Source: Lytechinus pictus (lineage: Eukaryota). From it: 64,000 nt of DNA. The number at the start of each line of letters is the position of its first letter. Position 1 is the stretch's first letter. Shown in pieces: positions 1 to 11,581 of this stretch. Both the position numbers and the translations under genes were made by a program. The stretch covers positions 22,940,001 to 23,004,000 of the forward strand of contig NC_087246.1 of assembly GCF_037042905.1 (NCBI RefSeq). Reading direction: 5' to 3'. Under the pieces are notes generated by a model. That model was given only the letters and a program-made list of their open reading frames with translations. It searched no databases and had not been told where the DNA came from.

Positions 1-915
1 TTGGGAGTATAATGTTGATTACGATAATTAGAGGTGCAAATTTGCAATGAATTTTTTATCTACTCAAGAAGCATTACGGAAATTGTAGATGATGCATGGA
101 CTTAAAAATATTTTATTCAATTTTATTCAATGATCTTTGCTTTGAAAGACTAAACTACATCACGAATGAATTTTACTGTATTTTTATGTCATTTGTACAT
201 TACATTATTTTCTATATTTACGCAACTTTATAGTATGAATACCAAATCTTTGCCACTGCCACCAATCGTTTCACGTGTCTACCGTGATTTGAGTTGTAAA
301 TTTGTTATGCAGAGTACGCCACAGGATGTGGCCCATGGGCATGCCGGGAAGGAGCAATATCTTGAAAATAAGGTATTATGTAAACTATATATTCAAAGGT
401 AACAATGAAGGATAAATAAACTTGCCATACACTGTAAAAAAAACAATGGGTAAAAATTCTAAGCGGTACGAGGGAAATATGTGTCCAACTAATTTGGGGC
501 AGTATTTTATTGTCCATCGCAGTAAAAGATAAACAGCAATTACTTTAGAATGGGCAAAATTTTCATCACACTGGATAAATAAAAATGCCCAAAAGAAGTG
601 TAGAAGTGTAGAGTGTAGAGATTCAGGGCACAAACCAGCGATTAATTCAATTTTAGTATCGGAATCATAGTAGATCATGATGGGTAATCGACTGATCTAT
701 TTACCTTTTGAAAAAGATGAAACAAAATGGGAAAGTCTTGTAGAAATGAATTAAAGAAATATACTTACAAAGATGGGAATATAGTGTAAAGGATTAAACA
801 CACCAGGTAAGTCAGCCGACAAGTTATTGAAATACACTATTACACTTATATGAGCTAATAAGAAGCATGATTTAAAAAAAAAAAACAAGGCACATAAAAT
901 TGAGCTTTTACTAAC

Positions 916-2715
916 CGTGTGAATGTTGATATTTGTTGTGCTTGTAGAGTTGTTACTTCCAGGAAATGTCCTCGACCGTCTTTGACGTGTCTTTACAGCC
1001 ATCATTCCGTCGTTGACTATGTCTTCTTTTGTGGCCGGTGTCACCTTCTCCAAATCTTCCTGATCATCATCGTCATCGTCACTGTACTCGCTACCATCAA
1101 ATGCCTGATCTCCTCCGCAACAACCAGAAACAACCATATCGAACTGAGCCTCCTTGTCGTCATCAGTATGGATATCAATGCCATTGATGTGATATTGATC
1201 CATGATCACTGACTTGAATGACGTCGTCTCCGAAGCAGAGGTCGAAATACCGCTGTCGAATCCGTTGATGACTACAGAAGGGAGAGCAGGAGAGAGATTC
1301 AAGTTCAGATTGGTGGTCGGTTGTGCGAACCTTCGCTTTGTCCGACTTCGAGCTGAACTTTTCATTTGGAATGACATGGCAACTTCGAAGTGTCTCTTCA
1401 CTTCTGGCATGTGCTTCTGAAAGAGACAGATATTGAAGTTGAGGTCATTGCAGGATGGATCGACGTGCTTGAAGGTGAATGAAATGTTATTACACTTTCC
1501 TTGCCAGATGTCAGGGAAAAGTCCAGTTTCCTCAAATTTTCGACCCACAGGACTCCATCCATCATTAAGGTGTTTCAATTCGAAAACAAGATCTCCTCCT
1601 TCTTCGTCAATTAAAAATTCCAACGGACATCGAAGCATTGGACAATTATACTTGGCTTGTTGCTGGGTTGCAAACTGCAGAGCACATGGCGTGTTGTTGA
1701 GCATGTACATCAAGACTTGGAATTGGCCTCCCTCCTTCTTTCCGAACGCGGCGAGTTGAATCCACTTCTTTGTCAACTTAGGATGTGATCCTTGAGCGAT
1801 ACATGTGTACAAAGAGAAATGAGATAGGTACACCTGACATTGGTTTTCAAGGAGCGCATATTCAACCTTCCCACATTTCTTCCGATGCTGGATGGGTTTC
1901 CAATGCTTGTCCTGTGTCAAGTGCGTCTCGCTGGACAACACCACGATGTCTCTGGTATCATCTGCACAATGCATGAAGCTTAGAATTGCAGGCTTTGCCA
2001 GCTTCAGTCCATGTGGACCACAATGAACAACAGGGCTTATGATAGTTTGTGTCTCTTTCATCGGTGGGAAGTCGCTTAGATCCCAGTCAAGGACCAGTTG
2101 TATGATCTCCTTCTTACCCCGAGGGATGGCGCAGGGAGGAATTATGAGTGAAATGCCCATCTTGTCCAGAACAAGAGTTCCACCTGAATCATCAATCTCT
2201 CTGGACATAAACACCAACAGCTTGCTATCGACCTCAACAGTGACACTTTCCTTCATATCTGTTTTCAAAAGCTCGATCAACTCACTGTCGATACGACCAC
2301 TACCACAACTATAGGGCGTTAATATTTCCTGCTCATGAGTCACATTTTCTTCATTCTCGCGATGGCCGTTCGAGTCGCCACCACAAGGTCCACAACTTAG
2401 CTCCCATCCATTCTGGGGTTCATCATCCTCTGGAACGTACGCAGGATTCACCTTGGTGTTCTCCCGTTCTTTCCTGATCTGGTAATCGGTCATGGACATG
2501 ATCGCGTTGGATATAATGCAGTTTGACGGGAGATGGTGAAACATCGATGTCGGTTGATCGATGTCGCGTTCCGAACGACGTCGTCGACCCTTTTTCCATT
2601 TGAGGACAGCGATGTAGACTACCAACAACACAACTATTATTACCAACAAAACGATGACGACGCTTAAAACTGCTACTACCTGATGAACATCAGTGCCTAT
2701 TGATTTCTTTTTCAT
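916..2715 (-). CDS. UNC5CL: UNC5CL-like TM-ZU5-UPA(-death domain) protein, paralog A, main coding exon (600 codons). The death-domain exon is presumably beyond the window start.
   Basis: ORF 751..2742. Acceptor ttttcattgcatAG ends at 2735 and ATG is at 2715 (MKKKSIG). Hydrophobic TM followed by KWKKGRRRR. ZU5 signature GGTLVLDKMGISLIIPPCAIP..SPVVHCGPHG..HFS, then a UPA-like region. Phase-0 donor ACG/gttagt at 915, the same position (NINIHT) as in paralog B. The symbol denotes family similarity, not proven orthology. Confidence 0.85.
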
Positions 2716-4134
2716 TTTGCTTGCTTTTAATCGGCTATGCAATGAAAATCAAAGGAAGGTATAGATTTCTTTGGTCAATCCACAAGTCAAATGTTTCACC
2801 TAAATTCACCATCGAACTGGGGGTGGTGTACGCATATGAAATCTGGCCAGTTTTCCTTTCATTTTTTCCATGTCTGCCACAAAGTTCTCACCGAAATACT
2901 CATACAATCTCAATCATAAGCGGAAGTGCTCTTCTTTGTGATCTCTGTACATGAAAAGTCCGATTTCCACCAAGTCTCTGCAGACTTGCTTTGCAATATA
3001 AATATCAAACCCCTTTTCTGTGTGTGCTGATAAACACTCCAGCACACTTAACTCCCTTTGAACCCGAGCTGATAGCAAACTAATCGTGAAGTTGTCGTGA
3101 GGTTTCTTAGCACTGTTCCAAAGGATGCCGCGAGAATGACGGAGTGACGGATTCTCAGGGAGGTATAGACTTGGACCTTTCTGTTCAAACAGGTCGCTCC
3201 ATCCAAGATTCTATGACAAATAAAGGCACCAAAAGGAATAATTGTATTATTACATCTGTTATATACTGTATTTTGAGTAAACTGTTAACGCACAAGTAGT
3301 GTATATTGGGATTTAAAGATCAGGGTCGATCAAGGGGGAGGGTTCAAGCATTATCGCTCTTATTTCCCTGTTTCCGTTTCTTGTCGCTTCCATCCCCCCA
3401 AAAAAACCTATTAACTGTTACATATTTACTTATTTCCATTAAACGATTAATTCATTCATAGATTAATCGTTTAATGGATAATAATATGCGATATTTATAT
3501 AGCGCTTCATGCATATCAAATTAAAGAACGCATTGTTGGAAAAATATCAAGAAATAAATAAAATATGTACATACATAAAGAAAGCAAAAATAAATTGAGC
3601 TGGTAAAATAGGATATACCCTAATAGATCAGAGAATGTAAATAAATGTTGAAAAAAGCAAAATACCATATCTGGTGCATGGGCCTCGACCATGCCAACTA
3701 AACATGTACAACACGAAGGAGAATTGACTATAATTTTATTATCAATATAATCGAGCACTGACGTTTATTGGCAAATTTTCGACGCAGGGTCAATGTCCAT
3801 TGTTTTACCAATCGCAATCATCACGACCAACCAATCGACCGTACCTTTACTTTTTGTGAACCCGGTCACCAAACATTGAAGCGGTTTTGCAGAATTCATT
3901 AATATGCAAATTCCTTTGACGTAACGTATAGTTGTTGCAGTCTACAAACCCATAGTCTCTCCCACATGACCAACCTGCGGTTATGTTTTTTCTTCTTATC
4001 CATATCACGTTGTACAGTTTACAATGATTCAAACAGTTATAATTTATCTTCTTTTTTTTAATTATATAATGTAGGAGCGGAGAGAGTGCATTCTGATGGC
4101 ACGGAGGAGGGGGGGGGGTCAATACGACCTAAAA

Positions 4135-4343
4135 TGACGTCATAATTTTGTCAATTCAAAGAGTACCGAAGTGTGACGTCACTGTCATAACAACGAACCG
4201 GCTGGTTCTAAACAGAGTCGCAGCTGACGATCGTCTATACATATTTGTATTTGCAAAAATTACCACCATTCTGAGGTTGCAGCCATTTTTCCCTATATAG
4301 GAGAAACACGCAGGCCGCCATGGCACCATGGCAACTGACGTCA
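4135..4343. promoter_or_regulatory. Cluster of three CRE palindromes plus an RFX X-box-like motif upstream of paralog A
   Basis: TGACGTCA at 4135, 4174 and 4336. ggcaCCATGGCAAC (~4322-4335) abuts the third site. Confidence 0.5.
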
Positions 4344-5820
4344 TCGGTTCGGTATACTCTATAGCACGACTTAGTCCACTCTTTTTATGCTCTTCTTTTC
4401 CCTTTTTTTCACTATTTGAAAAAAAAAAGCATGGGGCGGTCTTTCTCCTGTCGACTTGGTACCATTCTAAAATTAAGCAGGCATACTTATGTTTTTTGTT
4501 TTTGTTTCAAATAAAATGAAGGTAGTGGAATGACACGAAATGAAATTATATTTGTAATCATGAGATTGCACTCAGACAATGAAGAAATCAATCCGGGCAT
4601 TTCCAAATTTATCTCAAATCAATGCCGATTAGTTCGATGAGTCAATCTTGCAAGAAAGTAATGTTTTAGTTGTCTTTTAAAGTGATTAAAAGTTAGTGAA
4701 ATATTCACGGAGATAGACCTATAGACGTATGCCTAATTCTAGAGTGCTTGCGGGGGGGGGGGTTACTCTGGCCTATGTATTTTGGTTTTACTTTATTGTT
4801 CAAAGAAACGCTTCTGTTCCAATTTGATATTGTGACTTGTCTTTTATTACTCCATTATTGTTAATGTTTTTAACTTCTTTCCCCTGGTTCATTCAGACTT
4901 GAGAAACACTCGTGTGTTTCGACAACCAGAAAATATTTTGGGATTAAAAAAAAATAAATTACCAAACCCATACACAACATGATCAAAACACGTTAGGAGG
5001 TGGATGGGTGGGGGTGAGGGCTATTCCGTTCCAAATAATTACGTGGTTTAATCATTGAACTATATACCACTGCGTAGTGGTATAGTTCAGTGGGTATGAT
5101 AAATATAGCTGCCAATTAGATTTTCCATTACAAGTCGTTTAGGGTATTTTTTTATCGAAATGAAACGAATGAAAGAAATTGATTGATTGCGCGTTCGCGC
5201 TTGGAGACCCTGCACTGGTCACAATTTCCTTTCCATAATGATAAATCATTTTCCTTTTTGGTTCACAAACATTGGCGGCGGAAGCCAACAAATTTAGAGG
5301 GGCTGGGGGTCCACCTGAAATTTGGGATGGACACAGGTAACAAATTTGACAAGCAAAAAAAAAGGTTACCAACCAAAATTTTAGGGGGGGGGGGTCCACC
5401 CTAATTTTTTTTGAAACGCGAAATAGTTTATAAATTTGGGATTAAAAGCAGTATGGGAAAAAGTTTATAGGGTCGGAGTGTGTGCATATGTGGTAAATTT
5501 GGCTGTTAACTGGAGCCATCAAAAAATAAAAAGTACACTAAGTCCTTTCCCCCGACGAGGACCAATTAAGATACTGACTAAAAAACCATCATCATTCTAT
5601 AACATGCACGTGAGCATGGTGAGTTCCCAATCATTAAACATTCGCCATGATGTTGTCCCTTAATATGTTTAAACGAATATTCCAATAAAATGAGAAGAAA
5701 AAAAAGTAAATGGATTTATCATTACCCTCATGCACTGCATTTATGTATCCACATCAAGAGAAGCACAGCCCCCCCCCCTCTCCCCACACAACCATCATGC
5801 ACGCACTTTTTGGTGTTTAA

Positions 5821-6403
5821 AGGAGAATGAAACTCTTGGAGCAAGTTAGCTTTTGTGAAAGCAGAAAAATCAAAGAATAAGATCAACAAAACTTTGAGTA
5901 AAATAGGACTAGCAATAAAAGAGTTATGAGCGTTTGAATGTCGAGATCACTAATGCTATGGAGATCCTCCCATTGGCAATGCGACCAAGATCTGTGATGT
6001 CACACACGTACAACTCTCCCATTTGGACACTGAAAATATACCCCAAAACATCTCTTTTTGCTCATTCTAATCATATGACAAACGATTCATCAATGATATA
6101 ATGTTGTGAAACCTCTGTACTTGTCATCTCATAAAGAGAACACCTCACCTTGTGATAGACTCTATAAAAGTGAGAATATAAGTGAAATAAGTACTAAAGT
6201 AATGAGGGAGTTGTACGTGTGTGATATCACAGATCTTGGTCGCATTGCCGTTGGGAGGATCTACATGGCACTAGTGATCTCAATATTCGAATGCTCATAA
6301 CTTTCTTATTATTCATTCAATCTTCCTCAAACTTTCAACAATATGTTTCTTTGATTTTTCTCTTTGATATGGATTCAGCTGGTTTCAAGGGTTTCATTCT
6401 CCT
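5821..6403. mobile_element. Non-autonomous foldback DNA transposon (MITE), TTAA-flanked, Kolobok-like
   Basis: ttaa|AGGAGAATGAAAC ... GTTTCATTCTCCT|ttaa. Long internal inverted repeats (~5920-6020 vs ~6205-6305). Confidence 0.8.
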
Positions 6404-7338
6404 TTAATGAAAAACGCACTTACATGCAATACACTTCCGCGCACACACACACTCAGACTTGTACCCTTGTCGAGAGTCACACATTTCACTCGATCTCTCC
6501 GAAATGTGACTTTTTTACAACGTTATTGAACATCCTTTATAATGCAGGCCCGACGAAGCACAAAATTAATTAACTATGCTATATCAATAACCAATCTTGA
6601 TTATTGAGTCGACCCGACTATCAAGTTCAAAGTCCATATCACATTTATATTTGCTTAAATTCTGTCCATTGTGTATACCCCATTCTTCAAATTTGTGTTA
6701 TTCAGCGATAGCTCCAATGGTACAATAACGTCATCGAACGGGTCATTATTGTAACCATTTGTCAATTACTGTTGCTCTCTTTTCCACCTTTCAAAATGTA
6801 TATAACTATGAAGTTTCCTTAAAGACATAATTGCGCAAAAATGCCTATAAAAAGATACACAATGAGAGGGAATGATTGTCGACTAAAATGCAAAGCTAAA
6901 ATGAGTAACTATATATACTAATCATTATCATCATTTTATGAGAAAACAACTAAATGAATCATTGTTGCTTAAACAATTATAGTGTTAAGTGGCTTCCCTG
7001 GAAAACCTCACGTGGATGGGGGGGGGGGGGCAAACCAATTCTGACAACTAAAAAATAAAAAGAAAAAATGTCACTGCCATTTCAAGGATCAACCGTCTAA
7101 ATATTTTCTGACAAGCAAATTAAAAAAACACTAAATTCTGTCGGGGGGGGGGGGGCTTCATCCCCCCGCGCACGTACGCCACTGAAACAAATTTTATGAG
7201 TGACACCAGAAAGAATTAGAATATCACTAATTTTGATTTCATCCAAAACTTTTCTAAAATATTAATAATAATTCATGGTATCTGAAAATTTGTGTGATAT
7301 TTGGCTGCAGTGTTTTCTTTACTTTCCATTACATGGTC

Positions 7339-7341
<3 letters not shown>

Positions 7342-7371
<30 letters not shown>

Positions 7372-7456
7372 CACCCACTCTCACATATCCTCATACACAC
7401 AAACACGCACCCCACACACCCTCACACACACCCACACCAACACCCACACACACATA
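7342..7456. repeat. (CA)n microsatellite / CA-rich low complexity
   Basis: Direct reading. Confidence 0.9.
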
Positions 7457-7519
7457 CTAAAAAAGAATACATTTCCGAGTTGATAAACTCACAATTGCAT
7501 CATGTAGGCCTTTACTCAC

Positions 7520-7830
7520 CTGAGATTCACCAGCAACAAAAGTTTGTCATCAAATTTGACTCTGATTTCGGAATAAGCTGATGGCATTCGATCCGTTTTT
7601 AATGCTGTGTGGGTCCTTGCGTGTCTTGAATATTAGCTAGTGGCGAACAGAATACGATTTTACAAAGTAATCAACATTATAGAGTAATATGATCCAAAGT
7701 TAAAGATCCAATACCAAGTTAACACTGGCCAAAGGAGCGAGGGTAGAGGTGACTATTAGACAGAAGGGTTAGGCTATGATTCCTGACCCTATAATGGTAC
7801 GGGTATTTCCCTACTGGATGGATGACGTCA
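7520..7830 (-). promoter_or_regulatory. Candidate non-coding first exon/promoter of paralog A
   Basis: Minus-strand consensus donor CAG/gtgagt at 7519. CRE TGACGTCA at 7823. kB-like GGGTATTTCCC at 7801. Confidence 0.4.
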
Positions 7831-7862
7831 TAAATGGGCGTGCGCTGTTGAGCGTTAGGCCC

Positions 7863-8035
7863 TGGGAGCGTTTCATCATGGAGGCCTATACCTCCATGGT
7901 TCCATCAACATTGATGTCCGACAACTGAAGTTGTCAGATCGGATAACTCTCCTTGATTTTGATTGGCTGAGAAGCTTTGTTACTATAGTAGCTAGCAGAT
8001 AACACGTCCGACAAGTCCTTTCCTGAAACGCTCCT
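7863..8035. mobile_element. Short palindromic MITE (family also at ~51868-52068, 54883-55025, 57806-57902)
   Basis: Terminal inverted GGAGCGTTTCA / TGAAACGCTCC and internal gtccgacaa repeats. Confidence 0.55.
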
Positions 8036-8643
8036 CTGGGATCACTCAGGATAACATTATCCTCGCACATGACACCACTTTGCACTGCTGGAAGTTACTT
8101 GGTAGTATTGGGCATTTTAAGCATTTTATGGCTTGATCTAGAAAATAAACGCTATTTTTGCACAACCAGTTCCTCTTACAGTTATTCATCGTGTGCCCTG
8201 TCTCAGTGCAAAATTCATTTCCTTAAATAAAAAAAAAAATCAAATTTATGTGATTGATTACTGATTTCCAATCAAATAGAGGGCCTCTCAAGGATATAAA
8301 AAATACACATTTTAGTTAATAAAAAACGTAGCCAAGGTCATGATAAAAGAAAGATCATAAATGTGGGCACAGTTTGTTTATGCTTAGTTCCTAATATGTA
8401 TCATTATCAATGCAACACTATATTCTGTCAGTTCATTTTTGTTATGATTGGTGAAAATAAAACAAACAAACAAATGTGTGTGTGATTTTTTTTTTTTTTT
8501 GGTTACAAAAATCATGATATTTTTATGACCCTCAGGGAATATGTGTTGTGTGTTGCATAGACAGTAGACTTGCATACTGACACAGGTTGGTCGCAGATTG
8601 GAACTGCCTGGGATCAGTTAACATGCATATCATAAAATCACCC

Positions 8644-8693
8644 TATAAATGACGTCATATATGTTGTCAGTCTTGTTGAATGTGGCGGTAAGT
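8644..8693 (+). promoter_or_regulatory. Candidate core promoter and tiny non-coding first exon of paralog B
   Basis: TATAAA at 8644, TGACGTCA at 8650, Inr-like TCAGTC at 8667, donor GCG/gtaagt at 8688, matching acceptor at 9295. Confidence 0.5.
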
Positions 8694-9350
8694 AAACACA
8701 GGGCCAGGCAGTAGGCATAACCCAACATTTTCAGGTTTTAATAGTGCACTGATTTTGTCAGAAATGCTATGATTTTTTTTTTAAATTTAGATATTATTTT
8801 TTAATCAATTCAAATCGAAATATTGTTCCAAACTCGCACCTTATTTTAGCCAGAGATATCTTTTACAATTTCCATTTAGACGTCACATGTTGGCTGCCCA
8901 TTTAAAGTATAATGAGATGAACATTAAAGTAATCGTCTCATATACTATACAAAATACAATACCATACCCGCAAGAATATTAATGGCATTAATAAGAGAGA
9001 GGATGTTCATTGAAGTAATAATCAATTCCACTTCTCATAAAACTCTTAATGCAACGGAACGATGTCTCTTTTTATATAGTGCTTTACAGAAAATGCTTAC
9101 ACATAATCGTATATCGTTTTGTAAGAGGCAAAACCGGACATGACTGAAATATCTGTAATTTTTTAGCACGTGAATATGATATTGTTTTAACTTCCGCTTT
9201 TCACTTAAGAGTGTAAGTGAATTGAACCAGGACAAGGGTATCAGTGCAGACATTGCAACATATTAAGATGACATGATTTACATCTTTATATTCAGTTCAT
9301 CGTCAACATTATTTTGGTCTACAATAATCAAGGGGACTAACCGATACCAA

Positions 9351-11066
9351 ATGATGGACAACTTGGGTTGTCCAAATACTATTCACGATGTGGTGCTACC
9401 AGTCTTAAGTATCGCCATTGTAATATTGTTGATAATTCTTTTGATATTCATCCTTTACGTTGCCTTTATCAAGAGAAAGAAAGGTCGACGGCGTGAGGAG
9501 AATGAAGATGATGGAGAATTTCGGATGCATCTTACAAATACCATGAATCGTCACAAACAGTCGATCGCATCGATGCCTCGTCTACAGCAAATGGTTAATG
9601 GGAATATTAAGGCAATATCTCCGTATGTACCAGAACATGAGGATGAAGAGTTCCAAAACGGCTCTCATCTAGGATGTAGCACTTGTGATGCTGACTCGAG
9701 TTTCCAAGGAATAGTCGTGAAAGTGTCTGGCGAACAGCATGGTTTAATAACCCCGAATAGTTGTGGGAGCGGTCGCCTAGATCATGAGTTATCAGCATTG
9801 TTACAGACCGATATGAAAGAAGATGTAATTACCAAAATTGAAGGTAAACTCCTGGTTGGCATATCGAGGGAGATTGACGACGCAGGAGGAACTTTAGTTC
9901 TGGACAAAATGGGAGTTTCTCTTCTCATTCCACCATGCGCCATCCCTCGCGGTATGAAGCAAATTATTCAGTTGATACTTAGCTGGGACGGAAGCGATTC
10001 CCCACCAGTGACAGATACACAGAGTCTTATGAGTCCTATGGTTCACTGCGGCCCACATGGACTGAAGCTGGCAAAGCCTGCCATTTTAAGCTTCATGCAT
10101 TGTGCAGATGATGCCAGAGACATCGTGGTGTTGTCCAGCGAGACACACTTGACACAGGACAAGCATTGGAAACCCATCCAGTATCGGAAGAAATGTGGGA
10201 AGATTGAATATGCACTCCTTGAAAACCAATGTCAAGTGTACCTATCTCATTTTTCAATGTACACCTCTATCTCTCAAGGGACACATTTTAAGTTGACAAA
10301 GAAGTGGATTCAGCTGGCTGCGTTCGGAAAGAAGGAGGGAGGACAGTTTCAGACATTCATCTACATGCTCAACAACACGCCGTGTGCTCTCCAGTTTGCA
10401 ACCTATCAACAAGCGAAGCATGACTGTACTATGATACGATGCCCCTTAGAATTCTTGATGGATGAAAAGGGAGGAGATCTTATTTTCGACTTGGAACACG
10501 TGAGTGAAGGATGGAACCCCATAGGGCGCAAGTGGGAGGATATCGGTCTTCTTACAGACATCTGGAAAGAAAAGTGCAACAACGTCTCATTTACATTCAA
10601 ACACGACAATCCATCATGCATCGATCTAAACTTCAGTATCTGTCTCTATCAGAAGGGCATGCCAGACGTTAAGAGACACTTCGAAGTTGCAATGTCCTTC
10701 CCCAGTAAGAACCCAATCAAAAGTACTGGGAATCATTCACATGCCACAACCAATCTAAATGTACATGTCACACAGGCAGTGCCTTCGATGGCCATCAATG
10801 GGTTTGAGAGTACGACTGCTAGGGTGCCATCTCGTACAACTCCCATCAAATCGACAGAGGATCGCAGAAAGGATGATCTCGTGGACAATGATCACAATAA
10901 TGAGCATTCGCTTGGCAGAGATGGTGCTAATAGTAGTACCGTAGTCGATGAGGTTGATCTATCAAACACGAAAGGGAACCAAAAGGGTGACGATAATTTG
11001 CCGATTGCCAAACAGGATTCCGTTGGACATTCTCAAACAAACACAACTAATATCAATATCCACACG
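9351..11066 (+). CDS. UNC5CL: UNC5CL-like paralog B, coding exon 1 (TM, ZU5, UPA)
   Basis: ORF 9273..11117. Acceptor ttcAG at 9294-9295 and ATG at 9351 (MMDNLG). TM followed by KRKKGRRR. ZU5 with YLSHFSMY. Donor ACG/gtaagt at 11067. Collinear homology with paralog A. Confidence 0.85.
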
Positions 11067-11581
11067 GTAAGTAGGCCTATACTCACAAAGCAAAGGAATT
11101 GTGGAACCCTCATTTAATTCTAGTTGATCGTGGGTGGTTCGATCGGTAAAGATATCGATTTCCTTCAGACAATTATTGCTTCTGGCGGAGTAGATAACAT
11201 GATGACGATTATGAAATAGCGTTTATTATCAAACAAGAAATCAATTGACGCTCATTAAACACTGTACTCGTCCAAGCTAAGTGCAAGAATAAAATAAAAT
11301 TTATTATTCTTAATGGAGACGGTTAAAGTGAATTATAATTCTTCCAAGGGTTCAGTGCTGGACTGGCGGGTTCTAACCCTATCATGTCTGTACAATTTAT
11401 CCGCTATCTACATTTCGCACCAAAGCCATATGCCCAGATCACAATATCCCAATGAGAAGCCCTTGCGAATCATGGTAATAATCGTGTTGATCTTCGTATA
11501 AAATTTTCAGGGATAGCAATCAATATTAAAATGGTTATAATAAACGATATTCTGATTCTTTATTCCCCTTATTACACCAAG

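Noticed and set aside
751-915. C-terminal hydrophobic tail of the 663-aa ORF as a second TM segment
   Set aside because: It lies after the conserved donor at 915 (same position as in paralog B), so it is intron read-through.
919-2314. Antisense ORFs overlapping UNC5CL-like A (and similar ones over ATP7 exons)
   Set aside because: Shadow ORFs of real coding sequence with no recognisable domains.
3435-5092. Small hairpins at 3435-3478 and 5053-5092 as ncRNAs or terminators
   Set aside because: Short AT-rich palindromes with no further support; probably repeat remnants.
9273-9350. N-terminal extension MIYIFIF.. as a signal peptide of paralog B
   Set aside because: The ATG lies in the polypyrimidine tract upstream of the acceptor at 9295; the start at 9351 matches paralog A's length.
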